Positions 53,369 through 64,000 of a stretch of 64,000 nucleotides of DNA are shown here, piece by piece. The stretch lies in assembly GCA_964016885.1 (NCBI GenBank), contig OZ024743.1:180234001-180298000 (forward strand). Direction: 5' to 3'. Both the position numbers and the translations under genes were made by a program. Numbering within the stretch: position 1 is the stretch's first letter; each line of letters begins with the position of its first letter. The notes beneath the pieces were generated by a model. It was given only the letters and a program-made list of their open reading frames with translations, was not told the DNA's origin and searched no databases. Source of the stretch: Eledone cirrhosa. Taxonomy: Eukaryota.

Positions 53369-54675
53369 TACTAGCAGAAGTGCCCGGCGTTGCTCGGAGT
53401 TTAATTGCTTTAAAGTACTCTTAATGATTCCACTCAATTATGATTATTGAGGCAAAGAAAGTAAATACGGGTAAGCAAGGAAGCGAAAAATTTCAATTGA
53501 ACAGTGAATAAGTAGAAAGTGAGTACTAAGTAAGTTGTATAAAGAATGCATGTCAAATAGTAGGTCAAACCTGTAAGCCAAGCCCGTCTGAGTTATAGCA
53601 CAAAAGAGCGTAAACAGGGGTGATAATTTGGAGCACACTGGAAAAAAAATCATCAAAATCGGACGTTCCTGAAAAAAGTTTTCTCATTATTTTTGTCTCA
53701 TATTGCTAAAAACGAGGAAAAGAAATTACAAAAAGGACATCAATAAAATATAATGTCTTTGTTGAGATTCAAGTAAATAAATGCTTAAGCGTCGTTATGA
53801 TTACGTTTGTTGTTGTATAAATTCATCTGTTGCTTTTGTATATTTGTTATTTGATGTAAAATGTAATGGTGTAAAATGTAATGGTCAAATACCGCTCGCT
53901 CTCCGACAGGTTTGCGGTCGTACCCCTGGCAGTGGAGACTTCTGGTGTCCTCGGCCCCAGGCCTACCTCCTTAATCACCACCATAGGCGCTGAGCTGGCC
54001 AGCCGCAGGTGTGAGCCCCGCGAGTTGGAGTGGCTTTTCCAGCACGTCTCCTTTGCCGTCCTCCGGGGAAACGCCTTCTCCATTCTATCCGCCGGGGCTG
54101 GAGGTGGGCCCCATCGCGTACCGTTGTAGTTGTTGTATACAGATATTAACTCACTTAGAAAATGTTTTCAATGAAATGTATTTAGTTTTATCGGTTTTCT
54201 AAGTTTTGTTATTTGATGTATGAGCGTCGTTATGACTATGTTTGTTGTTGTATAAATTGATGTGTTGCTTAGTTTTCAAAGTATATGTCACGTTCCTGAA
54301 TGAAGTTTTGTCGCTGTTAGAGTTGTAGAGCAGATTGAGTGGGGAGTAGAGGCAGGGATGAACCTTTTAAAGAGAGTTGCAGAGGAGATTGAGAGAGGAG
54401 TAGAGGCAGGGATGAACCTTTTAAAGAAAGTTGCAACATGTATGTAGTTTCATGGATTTCTGAGTGTAGTAGAGAGAGGGATTAAGCGTGTAAGAGAGGG
54501 GTTACATCATGTATTTAGTTTTATCGATTTTTTTCATAGAAGCAGGAAACTTTTGGCAAAGTTTATAACGCGTTGACCATCGTTGGTAAATTTGTAGCAC
54601 GTTGGAAAAAAATCATGAAAATCGGTAGAGAAATGTGGAATTCATAAAAATCATACACACACACAAACATCTTCC

Positions 54676-54685
<10 letters not shown>
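53369..54685 (+). mobile_element. Non-autonomous Lep1/Helentron-like rolling-circle element
   Basis: Starts TACTAGCAGAAGTGCCCGGCGTTGCTCGG; ends with (CA)n-AAACATCTTCCGTTTTATATA; internal duplicated AAAAAAATCAT.AAAATCGG and 51-bp repeats. Confidence 0.55.
53886..54128 (+). mobile_element. 3' fragment of a CRE-like non-LTR retrotransposon (RLE domain)
   Basis: KYRSL..FAVVPLAVETSGVLG..WLFQHVSFAVLRGNAFSIL; GC-rich island. Confidence 0.75.
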
Positions 54686-54740
<55 letters not shown>

Positions 54741-54745
54741 ATATA

Positions 54746-54792
<47 letters not shown>

Positions 54793-54914
54793 GTATATAT
54801 AAGCATATGTATATATATATATATGTACATATATATATATAAATATATATATGCATATATATTAATATATATATGTATATATATATGTACATATGTATAT
54901 ATGTATATATAAAC

Positions 54915-54946
<32 letters not shown>

Positions 54947-54963
54947 GTATATATGTATATATA

Positions 54964-55008
<45 letters not shown>

Positions 55009-55015
55009 TAATATA

Positions 55016-55068
<53 letters not shown>

Positions 55069-55209
55069 GTATATATGTATATATAAACATATATATATAT
55101 ATACATATATATATATATTTATGCATATATATAGAGAGAGAGAGAGATTCAGAGAGAGAGAGAGGGGGTAGAACACTGGAATGTAATATCCGTAGTGGTA
55201 AAGTTTGGT

Positions 55210-55270
55210 AGAAGTAGTAACACAACAGTTAGTTCACCATTGGTGAACTAATTGTTGTGTTACTACTTCT
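55210..55270. repeat. Near-perfect 30-bp hairpin at the 5' junction of a PLE
   Basis: AGAAGTAGTAACACAACAGTTAGTTCACCA-t-TGGTGAACTAATTGTTGTGTTACTACTTCT; a single arm also occurs at 14267-14294. Confidence 0.9.
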
Positions 55271-56838
55271 TTATATATATATACTGGACCAGAAACACAT
55301 ATAGTAATCTATTCGATATTACTATGGGCTCAAGCGATTCTGCTCAAATTACTGATCTTGTGGGCCTCTTTCTTCTTTTTAAAATAAATGCTTCCTTTCC
55401 CCACCTTAAAGGTGGTTTATATCGTGACGACTGTCTTCTTCTTTCCAATAACCTTAGCCTCTCAGAGATAGAAAAAAATAAAAAGCTTATTAGAACTTTC
55501 CTTAAAGACTATTATAGTCTAGATATTACATTTGAAAACACAAGTAAAGTAGTTAATTTCCTAGATATAACATTAGACTTATCAACGGGTATCTCCCAAC
55601 CTTACCATAAACCCAACCAAAATTTACACTACATACACTCACAATCTAATCACCCTCAATCTATCCTTAAAAACCTTGCATATAATATATCACTTAGAAT
55701 TTCTAACCTTTCGTCTAACCAAGATGTATTTGATAAAAATGCGACATTTTATAACGAAGCTCTAGCTAGAAGTGGCCACAAAAATAGATTAGTATATATA
55801 CCTTCTACCAATAATACTACAAACATACAACCTAATATTACCAACAAACACCAAATGAAACATACACACCTAAATGCCACTCACATTATACCCCAAAACA
55901 CCAACATAAAACCAAATTTCTCTAACTCTTCTAATATACAGTATAGTAACTCTCAAAAAACTACTCATCCTACAACTCTAATAAATGTTAATAATAAAAC
56001 TCCTAATAAACAAGCTAAAACACCTAAATCAATAAATCTAACTAAAAATGTGTGTGGAGAGGTCATTAACAATAATTCTCTTAATAAACATCAGGATGCA
56101 TCCTATAAAAACAATAAACAACATAGAAACCGTAATAGACGAGTTACTTGGTATAATGCTCCATTTAATTTACAAATTAAGGATAATATACCTAAAAAAT
56201 TCTTTAATATCCTAGAGAAAAACTTCCCGCCAAACCACAAATACCATCAAATCTTAAATAGATCAACGGTTAAATTCTCCTACTCAACAACCAAAAACAT
56301 AAAACAAAATATAAGTGCCTATAATGCATATAAATGTAAAAAAACCATGAGTATACCACCAGTACATCAAACTAACCATAATATCTCCTCAGATACAAGA
56401 TTCACGAAAAGTTGTAACTGTAGAAACAAGGCAAACTGTCCATTAAAAGGAAATTGCCTTGTTAATAACATAATGTATAAATGTAAAGTTAACACTAAGG
56501 ACTCTATTTGTTCATATATAGGAGCTACCTCTAACAATTTTAAGGTAAGATTTAATACCCACAAACATAGTTTTAAAAATGCCGCACTAGCTAATACAAC
56601 ATCTCTAGCTGAAATAATTAATAGTTATAGAAAGAGGAATATAGAATATGACCTGACCTGGAGTGTGCTCAAAAGGGCAACCCATTATCAAAATAGTAGA
56701 AATGAATGTAGATTATGTTCCCAAGAACTTTTCGAAATAATGAAATCTAAGGATATCCTATTAAATAAGCGACAGGAATTAATAATATCGTGTAATCATA
56801 AACTGAGAAAAACCTTTAAATATGATAAACCTAATTAA
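55252..56838 (+). CDS. PLE RT (from motif B) + N/T-rich linker + GIY-YIG; native coding starts ~55300
   Basis: FDITMGSSDSAQITDLVG, GLYRDD, VNFLD, SNHP, VTWYNAPF, CNCRNKANCPLKGNC, YIGAT, CRLC, CNH. Confidence 0.88.
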   Translation: MLCYYFFIYIYWTRNTYSNLFDITMGSSDSAQITDLVGLFLLFKINASFPHLKGGLYRDDCLLLSNNLSLSEIEKNKKLIRTFLKDYYSLDITFENTSKVVNFLDITLDLSTGISQPYHKPNQNLHYIHSQSNHPQSILKNLAYNISLRISNLSSNQDVFDKNATFYNEALARSGHKNRLVYIPSTNNTTNIQPNITNKHQMKHTHLNATHIIPQNTNIKPNFSNSSNIQYSNSQKTTHPTTLINVNNKTPNKQAKTPKSINLTKNVCGEVINNNSLNKHQDASYKNNKQHRNRNRRVTWYNAPFNLQIKDNIPKKFFNILEKNFPPNHKYHQILNRSTVKFSYSTTKNIKQNISAYNAYKCKKTMSIPPVHQTNHNISSDTRFTKSCNCRNKANCPLKGNCLVNNIMYKCKVNTKDSICSYIGATSNNFKVRFNTHKHSFKNAALANTTSLAEIINSYRKRNIEYDLTWSVLKRATHYQNSRNECRLCSQELFEIMKSKDILLNKRQELIISCNHKLRKTFKYDKPN

Positions 56839-57328
56839 TATACACTTTAGAAATTAATATATAAATTATTTTTAATTTAGTTAACCTATAATTAATATTC
56901 TACTACTGATGAATTACATAATTCTGCTTTAAATATTATAAACCTAATTAATATACACTTTAGAACTTAATATATAAACTATTTTTAATTTAGTTAACCT
57001 ATAATTAATATTCTACTTCTGATGAACTACATAATTTGGCTTTCCTTACAAATATCATTTCCTAAAACTGATACCATTAAGTAAACATATATAATTATTT
57101 TTAATTTAGTTAACCTATAATTAATATTCTACTACTGATGAACTACATAATTCTGCTTTAAATATTAAAAACTTAATTAATATACACTTTAGAAATTAAT
57201 ATATAAACTATTTTTAATTTAGTTAACCTATAATTAATATTCTACTACTGATGAACTACATAATTTGGCTTTCGTTCTTACAAATATCATTTCCTAAAAC
57301 TGATACCATTAAGTAAACATATATAATG
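56828..57328. repeat. Higher-order AT-rich tandem repeat in the PLE 3' UTR
   Basis: Four copies of TTTTTAATTTAGTTAACCTATAATTAATATTCTACT.CTGATGAA.TACATAATT in alternating A-B-A-B units. Confidence 0.9.
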
Positions 57329-57481
57329 CTTTAACTTCAGGTTATGACTCTATGTTCCTTGAAATCTATATATATTTACTATTTCCCACTAATAAATTTA
57401 ATCCCCCACCCAATAATTATATGCATATATAAGTGTGTATGTGTGTGTATATAAGTGTGTATGTATGTATGTGTGTATGTA

Positions 57482-57550
<69 letters not shown>

Positions 57551-57641
57551 ATATGTGTGTATGTATGTGTGTATATATGTGTGTATGTGTGTGTGTGTAT
57601 ATATATGTACATGTATGTATATATATGTGTATATGGGTGTA

Positions 57642-57710
<69 letters not shown>

Positions 57711-58397
57711 ATGTGTATATGTATGTGTATATATATATGTGGGTATATATATATATATATATTATTTTTATATTCTTTTAATCACCCCTCATCTTTAACA
57801 GTACTTTTCAACTGCATCTAACTCTTATTCATCATATCTATATGTATTAGTATAATTTTATCAATATAAATATACCCATCAATTAAATTAATTTTATATT
57901 CTTTTCATAGATGTATTTTTTCACTAACATTCTTATCTTAAAACTTTGGTCACCTTAGATATTTGTATTGGCATTACTATTTTATAAAAGCAACTGCTTG
58001 TATACCTTTTACTGACCACCTGACCTAGTTTCACCCCTAAAATAAGCTTCAATTACTACTATTTTACCATTTGGCCAATTATTAACTTTCTATTGGTTAA
58101 TTCTAAACCTCTTACCAAACAGACAGAATATATTAGATCTTTGTTGGTTTTATTCAATGAACAAATAAAATTATTTCTGAGGTCAGCATATGACCTATTT
58201 CTTCCCTAAAATAATCCTTCATTCATAATACTCTTTTCCATCCAAAACTGAAATCTACCTTCCTCTACCCATAATCTAAGGTTCTCTTACTACTATAATA
58301 CTATCTTGACCCTCAATATCTCCTGATTGGTCAATTCAAAACCTATTCCCAAACAGACCTATTGTATTAAATCTTTGTTCTTATCAATAAACAAATA

Positions 58398-58539
58398 TCA
58401 TGATTTCTGAAGACAGCATATATATGTGTAGGTATGTAGATTCCCTCTGATAGTTTGTATAAATATTGTACATAGATCTATAGAATATGCATACCAACTC
58501 TAATACATATATATCCTAGAAACGACCGTAAAATGATGA
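58398..58539 (+). ncRNA. Type I hammerhead with 105-nt stem II region
   Basis: TCATGATTT-CTGAAGA-c-AG.ATATATATGTG...TACATATATAT.CT-a-GAAA-CGACCG-TA-AAATGATGA; GUA triplet. Confidence 0.75.
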
Positions 58540-58731
58540 ATTTTTTTAATATAAGGAATTGTTTCTTTGTTTATTCATTATTTTTTTAATAATTTATCTT
58601 GACTCTGTTTTCCGTTTATTTTTCAGCGAAAGTAGTTTTTGAATGCATCTTCTCTTTCCATGATATCCGGATTACATTGAGTTCTTCATACGGATTGGAC
58701 ACGACCGTAAACTTTTGGTAGATGTATCTAC

Positions 58732-58749
<18 letters not shown>

Positions 58750-58764
<15 letters not shown>

Positions 58765-61365
58765 TATAATGTGAGTTTTATTGTAGCACAATAAAGCAAT
58801 GCAAATATCGGATAAGTAGCACTCAACAGTTTATAGGATTGGAGTATAAATAATATAAAATCAAAAGATGGTTAAAAGAGTTCAATGTATTTTATTATGC
58901 GCATTTCAAAAATAAAAAATCATCATGGGATGATATTTGCGTTCTCATCAGATAAAATAGGGAGACATGATATGAAGCTTAAAAAACACTTGCGAGCAGT
59001 GAAGTGTTAAATCAACATATGAAAAATAAAATATGATGCATATATGAGATTGGGAAAAAAAAGGAAAGGAAGGGGGGAAGGAAAAGGTAAGGAAGAAGAA
59101 AATAGAATATAATAAGAAAAAAATATATAATAATAAGGAAAGGATGACGGAGGAGGAGTATAAGAAGGAAGGATGAGAGAGGAGGAGAAAAGGAGTGAGA
59201 GAGAGAGAGGGGGAGAGAGAGAGAGATAACCTTTAATACTGAGAAACACTATCTCACAGAGATAATACATAATTTTTTAAAAATTTAGAAATTAAAAAAT
59301 AATGAGGTTTATGAATGGTGATGCTTATGATTAAAGAAAAAGGAATTAAGAATACTATTTATTTAAGGTTTATATATTGAAGGGTTTAATAATATGTGCG
59401 AAAATGAATTTATTAAAATGTATTATTAAAATAAAATATATTAAGGAGATAAGGTGAATGAAGATAAGGTTAAATGAATTATGAACTTAGAGGAATTAGT
59501 TAGGGTCCAAGTTTGTTTGTATGTATTGTAATAGGAAACAGTAAATAATAGGTTTAATACGAGCACGGAAGGAGAGAAGAAAGAACATAATTCAAGGTAG
59601 AAAAAATATATAACGTCAAAAAAATTATATGTTTACAAAATTTACTAATGGTAATATTAGTATATATTAAAAATAAAAATGTATATGGCCGAGAATATAA
59701 GGAAAATGCTATAGTGAGTTATAATATGAATTAAGAAGTAATTGAGAAGTAAAAGTTGCAGATTAAAGATTAGAAATTAAAAAAGAAAAAAAGGATATAA
59801 AAGAAGAAAAATAGGGGACCGCTCACGACATAGTATGAGTAAATTGTATAATATACTGAAATAAGGTAGAAAGATGGGTATATTTGTAAAAGATATAAAA
59901 GCGTTTGAGAAAAGAAGATTTTAAACTAATTAGGTAGTAAGATATTGGCTGTATACTTTATAGAAAGTTCATGGCATTTATGCAAGCAGAGCGAAAATAA
60001 ATCCGTACGTTTATTTATTATAGAATTAAAATTAGAGATAATGGTAAATTTCTCCGCTAGGCAGAGATTACATGTTCTGGATAGGTAAGAATTCAGGTAA
60101 GATGCATATATGAGATTGAGAAAAAAAGGAAAGGAAGGGGGGAAGGAAAAAGTAAGGAAGAAGAAGATAGAATATAATAAGAAAAAAATATATAATAATA
60201 AGGAAAGGATGACGGAGGAGGAGTTGCAAACCTTCCTCCAAGAAATGTTGTAGTTAATATTTTTGTCCTTTAAGGACCATATGAGTTCTGTGAGTGCCGT
60301 GTTAGTACTTTTAAGTTGGTATTTAAAAGAAGAATTGTGATTATAAAATCTTGCTTTAAAGGAAGTGGATGTGGAACCAAAATAGGTAAAATAATTAGTA
60401 CCAGTTATAACCTTACATTTATACACTAAATTCTTATCAAGACATTGGTTACTAAGAGGACATTTAGTACTAACAGGGCAATTGCAATTACGATTAGAGA
60501 AATTACCAGAGTTATTAACAAGTGACCTAGTATTATTTCTAGAAGGAATTGGATTGGAGAAGTTATTTACGATAGGTGCTAAAGTTTCCGGATTTAGATA
60601 GTTACGTTTGACGTCGTATTTAAATTTACGGAATCTAGCCTAGAGTTAACATTGACGTCGGGTTTACTATTGCTATTATTATAACGCTCAGTATTGGATG
60701 GATATAATTTATTACTTAATATTTTATTATTATGTTTAGAGATAATGTTAGAGATGTTGGAAGTGGTGGAATAAGAGAATTTAATTGTATGTTTGTTAAA
60801 GATCTTACTATAAATATGCGAGAGGGGGAAATATTTATCTAAGGCCCTAAAAAATAGTTTAGGAATATTACTAATAATAGATAGAGAAAAAGGAGCGTTG
60901 TACCAAATCATATTTTTATATCTAGGTCTTTTCTTTAAGTTATTGGAATGCTTATAACTAACTATATTACTATAAGTCCCTCGCTGATTGGTTTCTTTAC
61001 TGTATTTAATTTTGTCAGGATAACCGGCTCGTGGAAGTGCATTAATGTAATAATTGGCTTTAGCGTCAAAGATAACTTTATTAGAAGATAGATTTGAGAT
61101 TCTCTTTTCAACATTACTGACGAAAGCATTTTTAACGTTAATAGGGTGGTTAGATTTAAAATTAACATAATTAAGATTCTCATTATCTTTATGGTAAGGG
61201 TAATATAGGCCGGTGTCAAGATTAAGGGATATATTCAGGAAGTTAGCTAGTTTAACGTTGTTTTCAAATTCAATTTTTAGGTTATGGTGCTTAAATAGAT
61301 CAAGTATATTATTCTTAATAATATTAAGGTTAACTAAATTACAGTTTAAGACAGTAATAGGATTT
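58750..61365 (-). mobile_element. 5'-truncated, frameshifted Hydra-like PLE, tail-to-tail with the 55.3-58.7 kb element
   Basis: ANFLNISLNL..KSNHP, MIWYNAPF, CNCPVSTKCPL..C, YFGST, CNLC, CLH. Confidence 0.88.
58888..58959 (-). ncRNA. Type I hammerhead ribozyme
   Basis: TATTTTAT-CTGATGA-..ATCATC-ccat-GATGAT..-GAAA-TGCGCA-TA-ATAAAATA; perfect 8-bp stem I. Confidence 0.87.
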
Positions 61366-61374
61366 AAAATTCAA

Positions 61375-61840
61375 CACTTACAATATACTCACTGCCTCCC
61401 ATCTCTCGATATTATGTTTTCCAAATTTTGTAACAGTTTGCGGTGTGTCTGTCTTGTGAGGGCTTACTTAATGCATAGTAATATGCGTATATTACTTCTT
61501 GATACTCTTTTCGGGTCCATTTCATCCTTTTACATTTTTCATTTTGGGGTGGCTTGGGTGGAGGATCCGGGGGGAGGTGTTCGAGTTGGAGCAATCACCG
61601 TTTAAGTGACCATCCAGGTCCATAATCGGAGAAAGGTTTGTGCCAAAGGAGGACTTTTCGATCTCAAGTTGGCACTTTCCTGAGGGACACGCTTCCTGAT
61701 TAACCATACCACAAGCGATTTGGAGTTCTGTAATAATTTGTATTTGTTCTTCCGGCAATACATGCTTGCTTTACGCATGGAATTGGAAGTCCATGTAAGG
61801 TTTCCCGGCTCTTTGGTAAGTGCATTGGTTTGCCAACAGG
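61375..61840 (-). mobile_element. 5' end of an R4/Dong-like non-LTR element
   Basis: KRMKWTRKEYQEVIYAYYYALSKPS..CYKIWK N-terminal motif (recalled resemblance). Confidence 0.55.
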
Positions 61841-62889
61841 GAAATTATTATTACCATTATAACAACAGTATAGTTATGGCCATTGCTGTTGTTGATTGAG
61901 GTGATGTTGTTATGGTTGCAGCTGTAAAAGGTGTAAGAGAATTTTCTCAACTGCTCCTGTAATAAGAGTAGTGTTGGTTGTAGTAGCGGGATATTGATGT
62001 TAGAGGTGGGAGTGTTGGGAGTGGTAGTGGGAAGGGTGGCATTGTAGATTATTGGAGTTGCTTCTCCTTTGTTATGTTTTGTTTTGTATTTTATAGTTTT
62101 CTTTGTTGGGTGTGAGGTGTAAATGGGGTGATTAGAAGTGTTTCGTTTGTTGTGGCTTTTACGTGAGTTTCATACACATATATAAATATGTATTCATATA
62201 AACATATATACACACACGTATATATATACCTACATACATTCAACAGAGTAAGAAGGAAGCTTGGCAGCAGGTTTGCTTATGTTGTAAGGTCAGTGACTTT
62301 AGTCACTTGTGTGTGTGTAAATGTTGTGGTGTGGAGAGAGTGGGCGTAAATATGTTGGAGGGAGCAGATAATTGTATCTCTTTCATCTGACCATTTTCTT
62401 TTCAAATTTGAAATTTGGCCATGTTTGATTAAAATGCATTAGGATATAAATGAAATGTAAACCCTTGGCTGTTGCAGCCGGTGTCACTGGCCATCGACCG
62501 GGGTAATGCTTTTGCCTTCTTGTCCGCGGGGCGCAGCACTTCTGCTCCTTGGCCCTAGGCCCAAAGCCCAATCACCCCCACCCCTCCTCACCCCCTCTAT
62601 TCTGAACACCAGAGCTCTTGTCATCCCTTCCCTTTCCAGTTCTTTTTCTTAGTTTTTCTTTTTTTTCTATATTTCTCTATTCTTTCCTTCCTTTTGTTTC
62701 CCCCCTTTTTTTCTTACTAAATAAGGTTTGTTTTTTGCTTTTGAATAAATTCATTTATTAGGTGATTTAAATGTAAACACTGGTATTAAAAGGATAAGAC
62801 GTTACAAGTCTGCAAGAGAAAAGATTCGAAATTTTAAGTTGTTTTAAAGTGTTATTTTGTGTTGTTTTTTTTTTCGTTTTTTTTTATAA

Positions 62890-64000
62890 CGGGTCATAAG
62901 GTACCCACCTGGGCCCCAAGGAAGCGGGACTTTTCAATATTCGGGCTTTAAGAACGAATTTTACAAACAAGACGTGGAAATTAATTAGACACGAGAAATC
63001 CTGGGCCGATCTAACCATCCCGGACGAAGCAGTAGCGGGAATTCAGAGGATGACTTCAAATTTCCGATATATTTCAGTGCTGACTCGCAATGGAGAACTC
63101 GCCAGCCAGGCAGAAGTCGAGGCTGCTTTAGAATGCATCAAAGATGATATTGAATACAAGGCAAGGGCCAGACAGTTCGGTACCATCTCGGTACTGTTCA
63201 AAATCGAGGCCCTTGTTATTAAGCATTCTGTGGCCCTCTACTGAATGAAATGCATCATTATATACCCGTCCTACATCTGCAAAAGAAAAGCGAAGGCCTG
63301 CATTCCTAGGATCCCACCAGGAATGAACCTATGGTAGTTCCAGGGATGCGTAATCGAGGACGGTACCGACACTACCCTCGTAGATATCAAAAAGACTGAC
63401 AGAGAGGACTGGTCCAAGATGGATTTGGAGATTCTTCACCAAATAAAACCAGAAGAAATAAATAACATCCCGAACTTTGTCCGCCTCAGGACGGGTCAAG
63501 GATTCAGTTGATTACTGGGATAAGAAGACCGCACTGCTTCGTCTGCAGTGAAGCAACGCATCTGCGAGCCTTATGCCCTCAACTCAAAAAGTTGGGGTCG
63601 CAAACCTCCTTTACTGCCAACGCCAGTGCCGGGACGGAAAATTCCAGCAACACTGCCACCAACAACCCCACCAACAGCAAAAACAGTCGAACCACCACGA
63701 ACACCAAAACTAACCCAGGGCGGAAATGAGGAAAGCTCTCCCACACGCTTTCCTCCTCAAAATATACAAACACATGGACAAAAACATATACGCACACACA
63801 GACACAGATACACTTACAGCCACAGACGTGTCATCTTCCATTAGTGAAGATGAGGGAAAATCCAAATCCGCCAAAGAGCAAACACACAAGAAAAAGCCCC
63901 ACAAAGCACAAAAACACCCACAACAAAAGATGCAGACACCACCAACGTACGCACTTCCCCCAATACAACCAACAACACCAACACCCCACCACCACCACCA
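62890..64000 (+). mobile_element. Decayed LINE ORF1 (Tx1-like gag with zinc knuckle), running off the window
   Basis: ITGIRRPHCFVCSEATHLRALCP followed by a low-complexity tail; similar to 37991-38640. Confidence 0.65.

Larger units (their letters stand above)
55300..58722 (+). mobile_element. 5'-truncated Hydra-like PLE with long 3' UTR/pLTR
   Basis: Open RT-EN frame, tandem repeats, terminal hammerhead, (TA)n boundary. Confidence 0.88.

Noticed and set aside
56828-57328. Four tandem CTGATGA motifs as a multimeric hammerhead array
   Set aside because: Short stem I and III pairings can be drawn, but there is no credible stem II; chance pairing is likely in such AT-rich DNA
58630-58716. Repeat of ACGACCGTA suggesting a tandem second hammerhead
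   Set aside because: Both core boxes are degenerate (GACA; no CUGANGA); at most a fossil
61630-61690. HDV-like ribozyme at the R4-like 5' end (GTGCCAA..TCCTCC..TTGGCAC)
   Set aside because: Lacks the GG for P1.1 and a convincing P2/P4

Overview
AT-rich eukaryotic (animal) genomic DNA, almost entirely repeats. The tRNA-derived SINE families resemble those I recall from octopus, so a cephalopod source is likely (inference). No intact host gene is visible, and most ORF-track entries are microsatellite artefacts. The window is dominated by Penelope-like retroelements (PLEs; RT plus C-terminal GIY-YIG endonuclease) of two types: a YVDD/DKS type (Naiad-like; 265-2097 and 27957-31530) and a YRDD/DKT type (Hydra-like; at least 7 copies from several families). 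Most copies are 5'-truncated, sit in (TA)n/(CA)n microsatellites and are flanked by inverted pseudo-LTRs. Scanning both strands by eye for CUGANGA...GAAA...UH gave 13 well-formed type I hammerhead ribozymes from about 9 families, plus several degenerate ones. They have family-specific palindromic stem III, a non-canonical first position of stem II, and stem II inserts of 13 to over 100 nt. A shared GTTGAG(Y)-type motif lies downstream of the ribozyme in unrelated families. Also present: a Tx1/L1-like LINE fragment, RTE 3' ends, R4/Dong-like relics, a Lep1-like Helitron carrying a CRE fragment, MITEs, minisatellites, and speculative decayed exons resembling an ionotropic-receptor N-terminal domain. 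All structures and family assignments were made by eye and from recalled motifs; no computation or database search was run.
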